Made by a program: the position numbers and the translations under genes. Shown here piece after piece: positions 12,520-27,709 of a stretch of DNA of 64,000 nucleotides. The notes under the pieces were generated by a model. The model saw nothing but the letters and a program-made list of their open reading frames with translations, made no database searches and had not been told where the DNA came from. The stretch spans positions 35,154,001 to 35,218,000 of the forward strand of contig OX597828.1 in NCBI GenBank assembly GCA_951406725.2, read 5' to 3'. Source of the stretch: Octopus vulgaris. Taxonomy: Eukaryota. Position 1 is the first letter of the stretch. Each line of letters starts with the position of its first letter.

Positions 12520-12810
12520 GGCTCTTTGTCAGTTTCGACGGCGAGGTTTCCATTTGATCCGAACAACGGAACACACTGCACGGGAAATTAATGTGTAAGT
12601 GGCTGAGCACTCCACAGACACGTGTACCCTTAACGTATTTCTCAGGGAGATTCAGCGTGATGCAGACTGTGACAAGGCTGGCCATTTTGAGTTACAGGTA
12701 CAAGTCATTTTTACTGAGGCAACTGGACATAAAGTGCCTTGTACCAGTGGGAATCGAACTCACGATCTTGCGAACGCGATCTTAATATCCAAACCACTAA
12801 CCTACACACT
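12520..12810 (-). mobile_element. SINE with family C tail (degenerate head)
   Basis: Reverse complement of the family C tail (GTGGCTGAGCACTCCACAGACACGTGTACCCTTAACGTA) plus a B box (rc GAGTTCGATTCCC). Confidence 0.75.
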
Positions 12811-14639
12811 TTCACTACACCCATATATAAGCACACACATACAATACATACATACATACATGCATTATGGCTGCCCCCTCGTTATCGAGTATGGCCATTG
12901 CACGAAGCTTAACTGTTACTGGTGCTGTGATCGAATGTGACTTTTTATACATACATACATACATAAATACATACATACATACATACATACATACATAAAT
13001 ACATACATACATACATACATACATACATACATAAGTCTATCGCTGGCTGGCAGGCTGGATGGATGGATGGATGGATGGATGGATGGGGGTATGGATGTAG
13101 GTAGGTAGGGAGGTAGGTACCCCGTACGTACGTATGTATATATGTTGACCATCCAACGAGTTTCCTTCTAGCAATATTCCTCAAGAATCTCCAACAGAGT
13201 TGTCGTTCGAACGAATCTGGAACAATGCGATTCCTTAACGGACCGCCTAACCAAATGGTCAAGCCATTGTTTTGTTTTGTTGTTGTTGTTGTTGTTTTGT
13301 TGTGTGTGTGTTTGTGTGTGTTTGTGTGCGCGTGTGCGCGTGCGTTTCTGTGGTGAGTATGTGTTGTGTGCGTATGTTTGTGTGTGCGTGTTCGTGTCTC
13401 TGCATGTGTATTTTTTGGTGTTTGTGTAGTGTGTTTGTGTATATGTGTATATATATATTGTGTGTGCGTCTGTGCATGTGTGGAATATGTGTGTACGTTT
13501 ATGAGTGTGTGCGTGTGCGTGCGTGCGCGTGCGTGCATTTGTGTGAGGTGTGTGTCTGTGTGTTTGTGCTGGTGTGTATACGTTTGTCTGTGTATTTATG
13601 CATTTCTTTGTTTATGTGATCTGTATACGTGTGTGCGTATGAGTGCATTTGTGTGTGTACGTGTGTGTGTGGAATATGTGGGCATATGTGTATGCGTGTG
13701 CGTGTGCGTGTGTGCGCCCGCGTTTGTGCGTAGTGTGTGCATGTGTGTTCGTATGTAAGAATTTATCGCATAGATTTCTTTGATTCTTTTACTGAGTCTT
13801 TTTTCTTGGAAGCTAAATTTGCCGATGCTGTTGTTATACCCGTTTTATCTACCAGATTAATCGAATACATCGAAGGAATTCCAACCATGCCCATCCAGTC
13901 TTTTGAAAGATATATAAGAGAGATTTTAGCTGCTGCTACTCTTTAACCGTACAAACGACCACATTCATGGACGTTCTAATTATCTTTCCAAAATGGTTGA
14001 ATTAATAACATTCTGCGAGAAATGGATGACGTATAAGTTTTTTATTGAAATAATAGACAAGATGGAATTTTTTAAGTATGTCTATTTTATTGCGTTTTGC
14101 AATCATTATAAAATTTTTTCGTCATCTCTAGTAATTACAACCATCTTACTCATAAACGCCCTCGTCGTCATCGTCGTTGTTATCGACATCATCATCATCA
14201 TCATCATTATCATTATCATCATTTTCATCATTATCAACTACAACAGCAACAACACTACCGCTAGTTGCATGCCCTGTGGCACTCTGTGACATTTTGCAGG
14301 AAAATATATACAAAAAAAACTTGGCAGACGTACAAACAGCGAAGCAGACGATCCGAAATGCAGACGACAATCTTGCAAGGAGATGAAGGCAGACAAGAAA
14401 GACAGAAAGACGGATTGACAGACAGACAGACAAGCAGATATATAGATAAGACAAAGATATGATAATTGAGACAGGTGATGCATTCCAGAGAAAATTCCTC
14501 GACTACTGAAAGTTTTTGCATCTTAGAATCTTGCGTAGACTGTTTGCCTGTAATGTAACATGTCTGTCTGTCAGTCTGTCTATATGCCAGCAACAGAAAT
14601 GTAGACGTCGGCAACGATTTATAAAACCTACCAGCAACG

Positions 14640-14698
14640 TAATAATAATAATAATAATAATAGTAATAATAATAATAATAATGATAATAATAATAATG

Positions 14699-14756
<58 letters not shown>

Positions 14757-14773
14757 TAATAATAATAATAATA

Positions 14774-14857
<84 letters not shown>

Positions 14858-14860
14858 GTA

Positions 14861-14915
<55 letters not shown>

Positions 14916-14941
14916 TAATAATAATAATAATAATAATAATG

Positions 14942-14993
<52 letters not shown>
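14640..14993. repeat. (AAT)n microsatellite, about 350 bp
   Basis: Direct observation. Confidence 0.97.
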
Positions 14994-14996
<3 letters not shown>

Positions 14997-16196
14997 TCGT
15001 TGTTGATGTTTTTGTTGTCACCAATGGTAACGTAACGCGGTCACCAACTTCAATACAATGTTTGCAATCAGCATTTTAGGTAGGAAACCTTCTGAAGAAC
15101 TCTCCTTCGCTCCACCCACTGAATGCTTAATTTTCACGCTGGTTGCTCAATTCCAGAATCCTCCGCTTTCCACTCGATTCCCCTCTCTTCCCCTCCCCTC
15201 AACTCAACTCCACTCCACTGCACTTTACTCCACTCTGTTCCTACTCTACTCCATTCCTAACTATTTAATTCAGGTTTTCCACCAACCGTCTTCAGTCGCC
15301 CAACCTTTTTCCTACCCCTCCTCCTTAACATCAATGACAAGCAGTTTTCAATTACTTCCTAACACATACAAACATGCGCTGATTACATCGATCTTAATTC
15401 TTTCCTCCTTCTCCCACCTTCTCTCTCTCTCCCTCTCTCTCCTCACAGAATGTATATGCGTGCTTATAATCCTAAGCGCAATCCATTTACTGCCTTAAAG
15501 TACTCGTCTAGCCGACACATGCACTCTAAATGCACGCAGCACTGAAATTCCGACAACCTACTGAGTGATATTTGTCAAAAATGCAAATGTTCGCACATTG
15601 TGTCATCGTAAAAACGTAATGCAAACGTACATATGAGCAAAACAACGCATCTTCGCTATAACGCGATGGTTATTACGCGAATCTGTAAAATGTCATCGCG
15701 TAAAGGACGCTCTTGAATTAAATCAAGAGCCCCAGGAAAGCGATGAGAGACAACTTAAAATTAGGGACAGGGAGAAAATGCGGAAAAAAGCCAATACATA
15801 TATAAACATACATACACACATACATACATACGTACGTACGTACGTACGTACATACATACATACATACATACATACATACATACATACATACATACATGCG
15901 TACGTACATACATACATACATATATTAATTTATTATTTTACTTGTTTCAGTCATTTGACTGCGGCCATGCTGGAGCACCGCCTTTTAGTCGAAGAAATCA
16001 ACCCCAGGACTTATTCTGTGTAAGCCTAGTACTTACTCTATCGGTCTCTTTTTGACGAACCGCTAAGTTGCGGGGGACGTAAAACACACACACACACACA
16101 TAACCTAGTGAATTGATTCGATTTGCGGAAACTAAAAGAAGTTCGTCGTGTATGTGTGTGTATATATGCATGTAAATACACGCATATGTTTATACA

Positions 16197-16249
<53 letters not shown>

Positions 16250-16462
16250 TGGGCGTAGCCATGGTAATATCCTATTGTCAGAATAAGCATTTGGCGAGTA
16301 CAGAGTGTGATATAAAATTGGATAAATGACCAGAGTTACCGAAATTATGCAATCACATTCATTAGCTTACGGCTGTTTTTGCTATACCGTGCAGTACATT
16401 CAGAGCTGAGTGCTTGTGCATCACCATATACCTTCCTCAGACTGTGTGTGTTTGTATGTGTA

Positions 16463-16513
<51 letters not shown>

Positions 16514-17310
16514 ATGCGCGCGCGTGTTCATGCGTGTGTGTGTGTCTTTGTGTTTGTATTATGTTTGTATCATCACAATTGGCACTTGGTGATGGTCTTT
16601 TTAAGTCCCCGAGTTTGGCAAGAGAAACCGATAACAGATTTTTTTAAAAATAAGTCCTGGGGTTGATTTGTTCGATTGAAACTCTTGATGGCCGTTCTTC
16701 TGCAAGGCTGCAGTCTAATGACTGAAACAAGTACGAGATAAAAGATATACGCATATGATATTTATAACCAAACCGGAAAGGCTTTGTAAGTTTCGAAGAG
16801 AAAGCTATTATGGAAGACTCATAGTATAACAATAACTGTATAATAAACTATCATAATAATGTATATTCTCCGACTTGAAACGACAATTTTTAAACACAAA
16901 CAAAAGGCTGAAATCTTTGGTCGAACTGGGGTTAAAGTAAAAAAAAAAACTCTTCCTCAAGGTACTGCACGCTTCTGGTTTCGCCGCCAACCTCCTACTC
17001 ATTCATCCACCCATTTTCGTAAAACATCTCACGTCAAAATGTTTAAAGATGAAATTACTAAAGCAAAAATATATCGGATGAAATATCCAGAGTAACATAA
17101 ACATATCACATGACGCGTTACTGGTGCGTTGAAAGTGTTTCGTTTTAACGCTGAAATTATTCTACATACAGACAACTTAGATCACTGGTGAAATTTTGTC
17201 GGTTACATATCTAAAGATGTTGCCGCCTCCATATTCGATATGACTGAGTACGTATACATTTAAGTTTACACACACACACACACACGCACACACACACACA
17301 CACACAAACA

Positions 17311-17361
<51 letters not shown>

Positions 17362-17362
<1 letters not shown>

Positions 17363-17550
17363 GTGACCACGTGTGTACCGTTGGCGATTTTTTTCCTCTG
17401 TCTCCCCTTCTCCTATGTTTCCGACGAAGAGCTCCGCTCGAAACGTTAATCCTTCCTTCTTTCCTTCTTTCCTGAGCGTCCAATAATACTATATTTGTTC
17501 CACGTCCTCGCGTTGTTGTGTTTTTTTGTGCTTTCTTGTTTGGATTAACT
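17362..17550 (+). mobile_element. Short hammerhead-containing PLE-like element, copy 1
   Basis: Clearly homologous to 41972-42180 and 51105-51328. Preceded by (CA)n and followed by (TA)n. Contains CCGACGAAGAGCTCCGCTCGAAACGTT. Confidence 0.75.
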
Positions 17551-17579
17551 ATATATATACATATATTTATATATATATA

Positions 17580-18063
<484 letters not shown>

Positions 18064-18123
18064 TCGACGATATATATATATATATTGATATTGATATTGT
18101 TATTGATATGAATAAAGAATTAA

Positions 18124-18178
<55 letters not shown>

Positions 18179-18699
18179 ACAGACACACACACATATTGGC
18201 TATAGTATTATTGAAGTTAGGATGTTATGGGATTATGCGCTTTTGGGGTTTATTTAAGCTTTTGGGTAGAAATTATACAGTTACGTATAAATACATACAT
18301 TCTAACACAAAGAGTATTAGTACAGACTAACACGCCTGATATAGTGACTTCAGCTACAAAACAAAACTCATGCAGAGTCATAGATGTGAATATCTTTTCT
18401 CAAAGCATTGATAACGAGAATATTCCTGGAGAACTGCTTCAAAACCTACAAGTCCTTTACACTCTGATAAAGGTAGATTTGGGGGTGAAAGAAAACACCG
18501 ACTAACACATACTTTACAGAGAAGATCTGTGAGTGGAACGGTAAAAATATGCAAGGCTTTCTTAGAGTTTGATATGTAACAATTAACGTTTTTTGTTTTC
18601 CAAATTCCAACGAGGGAGTTTCTGTTTCTTAGTTAAAATACCGCTCCCTTTTCCCACGAAGAATTCAAATAACAATGTGAAGGTACATACACAAATATG

Positions 18700-18754
<55 letters not shown>

Positions 18755-19569
18755 CTATGTATGTATGTATGTATGTATGTATGTATGTATGTATGTATGT
18801 TTGGGTGTTTGTATGTATGTATATATATATATGTGTGTGTATATATATATATAAGGTAGCTCTTAGGTGCTACTGGTAACATGTAACCCAGTACAACTTG
18901 TTGTATGGTCGGGTCGTCGGCGACTAAACTAGCAACCCCCCCCCCCATCAAGCTAGTTTGGTGAGGCGGGTGATTGTTGGACAACCTACAAGGCGATAAA
19001 TAAGACCTGTCAAAGGGCGGAAGAGCTCATGAGCAATCAACGGCCATCCAACAATATGTGTACGTGTGTATGCATGCTTGTATGTATGCGCGGGGACGTA
19101 GAAATACCTGGATTGATGTCCAGGCGCGCTGTTGGCCCACTGGGAGTGGGAGGCCCCTCTGTTGTCACAACGTTTCTCTAAGAGTCGGAAACTCTGAGGG
19201 AAGACATGCGACACTGACAATATTCGATGATGTAGAATGGTTCTTCTTTTCGAGTTTATGTTGTCCATGTTCCGAGAGTGGGATTGGATTTGTGCAAATC
19301 CTTTCCCACAATAAAAAAATGTATCATGCACAGGCATCGCTTGAAAAAAGACCATTCACAAAAATGGTTGTCTGTGGCCTTCGCATGTGTGAGACTTTCG
19401 AGAAGGCGATGGCAATGCTCGAACACGAGTTAGCTGCCAGCATATATGTATGGCATGATACGTATGTATGTATGTATGTATGTATGTATGTATGTATGTA
19501 TGTATGTATGTATGCATGTATGTATGTATGTATGTATGTATGTATGTATGTATGTATGTATTTATGTGT

Positions 19570-19626
<57 letters not shown>

Positions 19627-19695
19627 TAGACAGACAGATAGACAGACAGATAGGCAGACAGACAGACAGACAGACAGGTAGATAGATATACAGAC

Positions 19696-19757
<62 letters not shown>

Positions 19758-19789
19758 TTTGATAGATATATAACAGTATAGCATTGTGT

Positions 19790-20085
19790 AATATCACTGT
19801 ATCGACCAGACTATCGGATGTTGTTATACACCGCTGGTCACAATGCATTTCTTCGCAATGTTCTAGCCTCCGTACGATGCCATCCCGATGACTTGACGGA
19901 CAGGCCAGCATTCCCATACAACGGAACACCAGTCCATCGCAGGGTTGCCTATTTACATCTGAACGGACTGGAGTAACGTGGAATGAACTGTTTTGCTCAA
20001 AAACACGACGCATTGCCGGTCTGGGAATCGAGTCGACGACCTTGCGATCGTAAGCGCAACGCCTTAACCGTCAGGCCAAGCGTTT
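19790..20085 (-). mobile_element. tRNA-derived SINE with a distinct body (CAACCCTGCGATGGACTGG)
   Basis: Minus-strand head TGGCCTGACGGTTAAGG...CTCGATTCCCAGACCGG, then GTGTTTTTGAGCAAAACA and AACCCTGCGATGGACTGG motifs typical of SINE conserved domains. Confidence 0.7.
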
Positions 20086-20456
20086 TGATATTATGTAAAA
20101 TAGCACTTCACCCAAAACATTAGAAAACAAAATAACACACGTAAATATTAGGTAATATAGAAATACAATGAGCACGCTCGACCACGAAGTATCTTATTTC
20201 GTCAATCCCTATAATAAATGTAATGACAGTGGCTTATATGAAGCTCTCTCGTACTGAAGTCAGAAAAGAATTCATCTTCGACAGGAGTGAGTCCGCCATT
20301 ATCAATGTTTACGGCCATGTAACTCCGAGAGCAGTTTCTGCCTTTTCCGGAATATTAACTTGATTTTTTTTCTTCCACGTTTCTATTTGACAACCGTAAT
20401 TCGATCGGATATCGATCTATTCTTCAGTCTTCTTCATATGCTATGTAAACTAATGT

Positions 20457-20495
<39 letters not shown>

Positions 20496-20622
20496 TTAGA
20501 GAGAGAGGGGGGAGAGAAACAGTTTCCCCCTTTAATAATATATTTTGAAAACACGATTACGCTCCAGTTAACAGACATACATGCCTGTCAATATATGTAT
20601 GTGCTTGTGCATGAATGTATAA

Positions 20623-20783
<161 letters not shown>

Positions 20784-21646
20784 TATATACATAAACATAT
20801 ATATATATATGTATTTATAAATATACATATATATATAAACATATATATATATATATATACTTATATATATATACGTATATATAAATATATATATATGCAC
20901 AAATATATATATATATATACGTAGGTATTATGTATGTATGTACATATATGCAAAAATATATTTATCAAATACATACATACATACATACATACATACATAC
21001 ATACATACATACATACATACATACATACATACATACATACATACACGCATGCATACATGTGTGCGCATGCCTTTTATTCGGGGTTTTCCTATTTCCTTAT
21101 TACTCTCCTGTATATTATTTGCAACAATAACTTTCCCAGTTCCATCACCGATATTTGAAAACCTTCCTGCCGTTGCCTTCTGGAAGGAATGGTTTTAGTG
21201 CAGCGGTTTATTACTAGTTTTTATTATTGGCCTGAGAAACAATAGAATGATGAACTGTCTACGTGAACGTTTCCGAGATGTCGATGGAGTAGAGATATTT
21301 ATTATTTCGCATAGAACATAATGGACAACTAACGAATAAAGAAATAGGAAGAATTACATATATTGTCAATAAAAAAAAAAGTCAGAATTGAAGTACGACC
21401 GTGTGTGTGTGTGTGTGTGTATGTAAGTGTACGTATATACATGTATATGGTTCATAGATGAGAATAGGATATTCTTCGTATAGGATATTCTTGTAGTGCG
21501 CAAGAAATTTAAACTTGAGCGGATATATATATATATGTGTGTGTGTATACATGAGTATATTTGTATATATGTATGTATATATATGTATATATATGTATAT
21601 ATATATATATGTGTGTGTGTGTGTATGTATGAGTAATATATGTACA

Positions 21647-21692
<46 letters not shown>

Positions 21693-21698
21693 TCTATA

Positions 21699-21738
<40 letters not shown>

Positions 21739-21859
21739 AGCATATATATATATACATACGTACATGCATACATATATGTATATGTATACATGTATACTTT
21801 TACACACACACACATACATACATACTTATATATATATCGAGAGAGAGAGAGACAAACGA

Positions 21860-22175
21860 ATGCTTACCAGCCACATGGTTCCGGGTTCAATCTTCTATAG
21901 CCTCGGGTTGACTAAAGCGTTGTGAGTGAATCTGGTAGACGGTAACTGAGAAAAACCGCCCGTCATATGTGTGTGTGAGTGTGTTTGTGTTTGTCCCCCA
22001 GCGTCGCTTGACAACCGATGTTGGTGTGTTTACGTCTCCGTAACTTAGCGGTTCGGTGAAACAGACCGATAGGATAAGTACTAAGCTCACAAAGAATAAG
22101 TCCTGGGGTCGACTTGTCCGACAAAAGGCGGTGCTCCAGCATGGCGGAAGTCAGATGACAAACAAATAAAAGAAT
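21860..22175 (+). mobile_element. SINE family A (internally deleted)
   Basis: Homology to 44049-44445. Confidence 0.85.
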
Positions 22176-22344
22176 ATATATCTACATACACGCATAAGGA
22201 GAATTGGCTGAGTTGCTCGAATGTCGGATAATTTCCCTTCAATATGTTTCGGCTTTCAGCGTTGCGAGTTCAAATTCCACCGAAATCACCTTTGCTCTTT
22301 AGTCTTTTTTTCCCCCATGGTTTCCATATACTATGTATCGAAAC

Positions 22345-23400
22345 CGTTCAGTATCATGTGCTGGGTCCGTCTAGTTTGCCTCCTTCCGCCCCTGCTATAC
22401 CTACTGGCGTTTCAGTCAATTCGGCAGAAGTCAGAAGCTTTGAAGAGTGTCTCGAGTGAACAAGGATGCTGAGAATCCGTGTCAGTATATGTGGACAACG
22501 TCACCGTGTCGGGCACTAAACATCGAATTGGTTGGCACTGCTCTGGGAGAATACAAAGTAGTGAAAGGAGCAAAAGTTAACCAGAAAAAAATTGGTGGGC
22601 CCGAAACTCGGTACCTGGAGCGTTAGATCCATGCTGCCCGTCAGCGTCGTGATGAGCTGGACAGACGAAGCGATAAAATCGGTGGGGGTCTCATTTGAAC
22701 TGGACATCAAGGTGGGCAAGAACTGGATGAAGTGACGGCCAGGATAACCAGTCTGCCCCAGAAATAAGCTAACAAGTAGCTACCTCAATAGGTAGTCCAG
22801 AGTTGACGAACGCCTACATAGCGTGCGCCATCAAGTATTGTTTGAATATCGTACGTTGCTTCGCCTCATGGTTGATCAGAGAGGAGCGCTTGTTCTTCCG
22901 CTTATTATGGAAAGAACATGTTGCGCTGTAAACGTCCATTCGCTGTAAACTTCCGCCGTATTGAGTACCGTGCATGTCGGGGTTAATAAAGCGCGGTTGT
23001 ACACTTTATCGACAGTGAACAGGTGTGGTCACCATTTGACAGACTTACTTTCCATCTCTTTGACAGAACCGCAATACTGGATCAGTCCATTCGCTGTAAA
23101 CTTCCGCCGCATTGAGTACCGTGCATGCCGTGGTTAATAAAGCGCGGTCGTACACTTTATCGACAGTGAACAGGTGTGGTCACCATTTGACAGACTTACT
23201 TTTCCATCTCTTTGACAGAGCCGCAGTACTAGATCAAACGTAGACCGAGGCAGGGTGCTTGGCACTTAAAGTATCGTCAGATGCCCACAGTACTCGACCA
23301 GTTGGGCCATCACGGTATTCTATAGAGGATTTGTTGAGGACAAGATCGACGATGAATGTAGCGGGGACAACCCAGATGAATTGGCTTCGTCTGTAGGCTG
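22345..23400 (+). mobile_element. Decayed L1/Tx1-clade LINE, reverse transcriptase and C-terminal region
   Basis: LPPLLYLLAFQSIRQK (like GCPLSPLLY.LALEP), SVSVYVDNVTV (like YADD), EYKVVKGAKVNQKK, WTDEAIKSVGVSF..KNW, ERLFFRLLWK. Frameshifts and stops throughout. Confidence 0.85.
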
Positions 23401-23579
23401 GAAAGAACAGATAGGAGAGGGACGACTTCCTGTAATGTTCTTGGAAGTTAGTGTGATCCAGGTTCAGTGGGATTGCTCGTTTATTCCTCGGTGGTAGCCC
23501 ACCTCACTGTTGGGGAGTGTTGTCATCAATTTCTTTGTTAATTGTTATTGTTTTATTGTTTACATGTATATATGTAAAT

Positions 23580-24150
23580 CCTCTTCAAATACTTGGGACC
23601 CGCTTTGAGTAACGACAGCAGATCTCAAAAAACAAAATTACAAGATTCAGTTTAGTCTCTGCTGCCATAACGAAGCTAAACACCATATGGAAAAGCAATT
23701 CCATTAATTTTGCAAAGAAAATTCAGAATTTACAAGTCCCTGGTGACTTCAATATGGATGTGACAGCTGGACTCTTACAGCTGATATGGAGCAAAGAATT
23801 CAGGCATTTGAGCATAAATGCTTCAGAAGGTTGCAACACATACCGTGCACAAAGCTCAAAACGAACAGACAAGAAACACACCTTGCGTAGGTAAAAAGAC
23901 GAAAGCTTGCTTGGTCCTACTAGGTATCCGGACACAACTCCCTGTTAAAAATCATTCTTCATGGCACAATTGAGGGAGGGCAAAAGAGTGACAGAAGAAA
24001 TCCTGGTTTCACAGCAAGAACACTGTACAGGCCACAACACAGCGAACCTGTTACATATGACAGGCAACAGAAACCAGCGGCGACGGCTGACTTTGAAAGC
24101 GCCAAGAGTGACACCCCAACCACTGGCTGCATCAGTTAATGCAGTGGTTC
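23580..24150 (+). mobile_element. Decayed RTE-clade LINE, 3' end
   Basis: FKYLGT, AAITKLNTIWKSNSINF, YGCDSWTLTADMEQRIQAFEHKCFRRL, VKRRKLAW, LKIILHGTIEGG and TGHNTANLLHMTGNRNQRRRL form the typical RTE post-RT region. Confidence 0.9.
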
Positions 24151-24509
24151 GCAACCATTTTTCTTTTTCTATGGACTCCTTTGATTACTATTTCATCCTT
24201 GTGGACCCCTTTAGCCATTCGATTTCTAAAAACTGCTCTTATAGATACTTCTTCCAAAATTCCTGTTTTGCTTTCCACCCATTAACTTGTGTAGGTTGAA
24301 CGATGTAAATTGTTAGAGAAAGAAACCCAGCTGCTTCTTGCAAGTAATATATTTAAAGCAAAAATTGTTCACAGACTCTTAGTGTACTACCGTGGATCTT
24401 AATGCACTACCGTTTACTATTTTGCTGCTGTAGACCCCCACGAAAATTCTTATATGGGCACCCAGAGGGTCATATAGACCCCGGTTGAGAACCATCGAGT
24501 CAATAAATC

Positions 24510-24572
24510 TTGATGATGATGATGATGACGACAACGACAACGATTATGATGATAACGACGACGACAACGATT

Positions 24573-24603
<31 letters not shown>

Positions 24604-24776
24604 CAACGACGACGATGATGATGATGATGATGATGACGACGACGACAACGATGATGATGATGATGACGACAACGATGATGATGATGATGACGACGACAAC
24701 GATTATGATGATGATGATGATGATGACAACAACGATGATGATAATGATGATGACGACAACGATGATGATGATGATG
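24510..24776. repeat. (GAT/GAC/AAC)n compound trinucleotide repeat
   Basis: Direct observation. The poly-D and poly-M ORFs are artefacts. Confidence 0.93.
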
Positions 24777-25648
24777 TAAATCACCACTGCCCTTTGTCTT
24801 TGTATGGGCTTAATTGCTGTAAGCGGCCCTTGAGGCCAAAAATAACGACTACTTCTACTACTAATAGATTTTATTTGTGTTTGGGTTTTTTTTTCGGATT
24901 TGCAAGATTCGTTGATTTTTTTTTTTTTTTTTTTGACAATCCTAGCAACATTCTTTTTTTTCCCCCTTCTTTTTATTTTTCTTTTATTCTTGACATTGAT
25001 TGCATTGGAATGATTTCCCAAATAATAACAACGTATAAAATGATATTAATCTCAATACTTCTGGTGGGAAGAATTTCGTCGCAGAAATGCTCTGATACTT
25101 CAGAGTTCAAGAAATGCTATAGTTACGGAACTATCATCTTCCAGTAAACAAGTGATTACTGTCAAGATGGAATCTCAGATTCCAACGTTAACCCGTGCAC
25201 TATCCATCTTCAGAACGGCAGTATTGATTTTAATCAAAGAAATTCTTGTGACTTGTAGGATTCTGGAATGCGAAGAGGATTATACACTCGCATCTCTAGG
25301 TGTGTGTGTGTTTGTGCGTGTGTATGTGTGTGTGTGTGTGTATGTGTGAATCTCTGTTTAGTTTCTATTAATACGTATCTATGTGTGAAAGTTGTTTTCT
25401 GTGCATGCGTATGTATGGGTGTGTGATGCGTGTGCGTATGTTTATGTGTAAATAATTACGTGCGCGTATTTGTATGTTTGCTTTGTATATTTCGGCAAAA
25501 CCTTCGTGCGTGCGTGCGTGTGTGTGTGTGTGCGTGTGTGTGTGTGTTTAACATATGTTTGAATATTTACAGGGTTTCGGGCTAAATTTCACAGTTTGCA
25601 TACTAGGATGAGAAGGATTTTAAATAGACCAAAAACTATCGAATAGAT

Positions 25649-26348
25649 CATAGGCTCCCAAAGTGAGCACTACCGCCCCCCGGTAGGCGTTAAGACGGTC
25701 CAGCTGGGCGCTGGTACCCAAAGGGGCGGGGACGGTAGAGAAAAGGAGGCGTTGGGAGGAAGGCAGTGAATTGTGGGACGCTATGAATTTATTATAGTAT
25801 TGTTATAATATTATATTAAATATCAAATGATTTATAATGTATTCTTTTATTCTTTTACTTGTTTCAGACATTTGACTGCGGCCATGCTGCAGCCCCACCT
25901 TTAGTCGAGCAAATCGACCCCAGGACTTATTCTTTGTAAGCCTAGTACTTATCCAATCGGACCCTTTTACCGAACCGCTAAGTTTCGGGGACGTAAGCAC
26001 ACCAGCATCGTTTGTCAAGCGATGTTGGGGGAAGGGGGACAAACACAGACACACAAACATATACACACACATACATATATACGACGGGCTTCTTTCAGTT
26101 TCCGTCTACCAAATCCAATCACAAGGCTTTGGTCGGCCCGAGGCTATAGTAGAAGACACTTGCCCAAGATGCCACACAGTGGGACTGAACCCAGAACCAT
26201 ATGGTTGATAAGTAAGCTACTTACCACACAGTCACTCAAATTACTAAAATAGGAAATATTTATTTATACATAAAAATAGGGTTGGGGGCACTGAGGGTAT
26301 TATGTGGCCATGAGGGGGGCGGTGGCCCAAAATGTTTAAGAACCTCTG
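25649..26348. mobile_element. hAT-type MITE interrupted by a family A SINE (25841-26236, minus)
   Basis: Termini CATAGGCTCCCAAA ... TTTAAGAACCTCTG. The 8-bp flanks GAATAGAT and GACTAGAT match at 7/8 positions, consistent with a hAT TSD. Confidence 0.75.
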
Positions 26349-26359
26349 GACTAGATTAT

Positions 26360-26539
26360 GGTGCAGGGGCATGGTTGTGTGGTAGGAAATTTACCTTCTC
26401 GCTTTATGGTTAATAGTTCAGTCCCACTGCGTGGCACCTTGGGCAGGTGTCTTCTCCGATAACTTGTGGCCTACCAAAGCCTTGTCAGTGGATTTGGTAG
26501 ACGGAAGCTGAAAGAAGCCCGTCGTATATACATACATAC

Positions 26540-26582
<43 letters not shown>

Positions 26583-26690
26583 TGTTTGTCCCACGCCGCC
26601 GCTTGACAACCGGTGTTGGTGTGTCTACGTCCCCAAAACTTAGCGGTTTGGCAAAAGGGATGATAGAATAAGCACCAGGCTTTAAAACAA
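26360..26690 (+). mobile_element. SINE family A
   Basis: Homology to the family. Head-to-head with 25841-26236. Confidence 0.85.
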
Positions 26691-27250
26691 AAGTAATAAG
26701 TTATTTGCATACGCCTTCTGTGTACATTTCGGCGTGTGTGCGTGTATATGTGTGCGTATACATATATAAGTATGTGTGTATATATATGTATGCTTATGTT
26801 TGACTATCTATGTATTTATATCCTTATGAGCGTGTGTGTATGTTTATAGTAGTTTTTGGTGTGTGTGTGTATGTGTATTTGTGTATGTGTTTACTCATGT
26901 ATGATTATATATGTTTGTGTTTGAGTATACACGTATGGATATATATATATATATACACACATATATATAATTGTGTTTATGAGTGTATATGTGTGTACAT
27001 ACCGACACACACACATGCACATTCGTACACCCACATACACACACACATATTCATATATATACATACACATACATATATCTATATGCATACACACACACAT
27101 GTATGTATTTGTCTTTATGTGTACGTATATGTATTTGTGTACGTGTGTGCTTTTTTTTCTACATGGCATGTGTTCAATCGTATGTTTGCTTCTGTGTACA
27201 CACGTATATGTGTGTATGTATGTATCTGTGCGTGTAAATATGTTTACATT

Positions 27251-27363
<113 letters not shown>

Positions 27364-27709
27364 GATCATAAATTTTGAAAAATTCTAAGGGATAAACATT
27401 TTATCAAAAGCAAAAGAATTGAACAAGACAAAACGCAAAAATAACAATGAAAAAAATAAAAAGAGCGGGTTTTTCTCCAAGATTTATCGAAGTCGATTCC
27501 AATATTGGTCTTTTTCCTAAATCGAAAGTAGATGTCAACTAGAATATAAACAGGAAGTCCTCAACTGCGTTTCTCAATAAACTAGAAAAAGCAGCGAAAT
27601 CTCTTATTGAAATGCACCAACTCAAGTCTTTAAAAACGACACATTAGGTGCGGTACCCTAAGATACACAACCTAATAAACGAGGTGAAGGTGACAGTTGG
27701 AATACAGTT

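Noticed and set aside
14295-14400. Acceptor-like TTTTGCAG followed by ENIYKKNLADVQTAKQTIRNADDNLARR*
   Set aside because: No recognisable homology or partner exons, and it grades into (CAGA)n.
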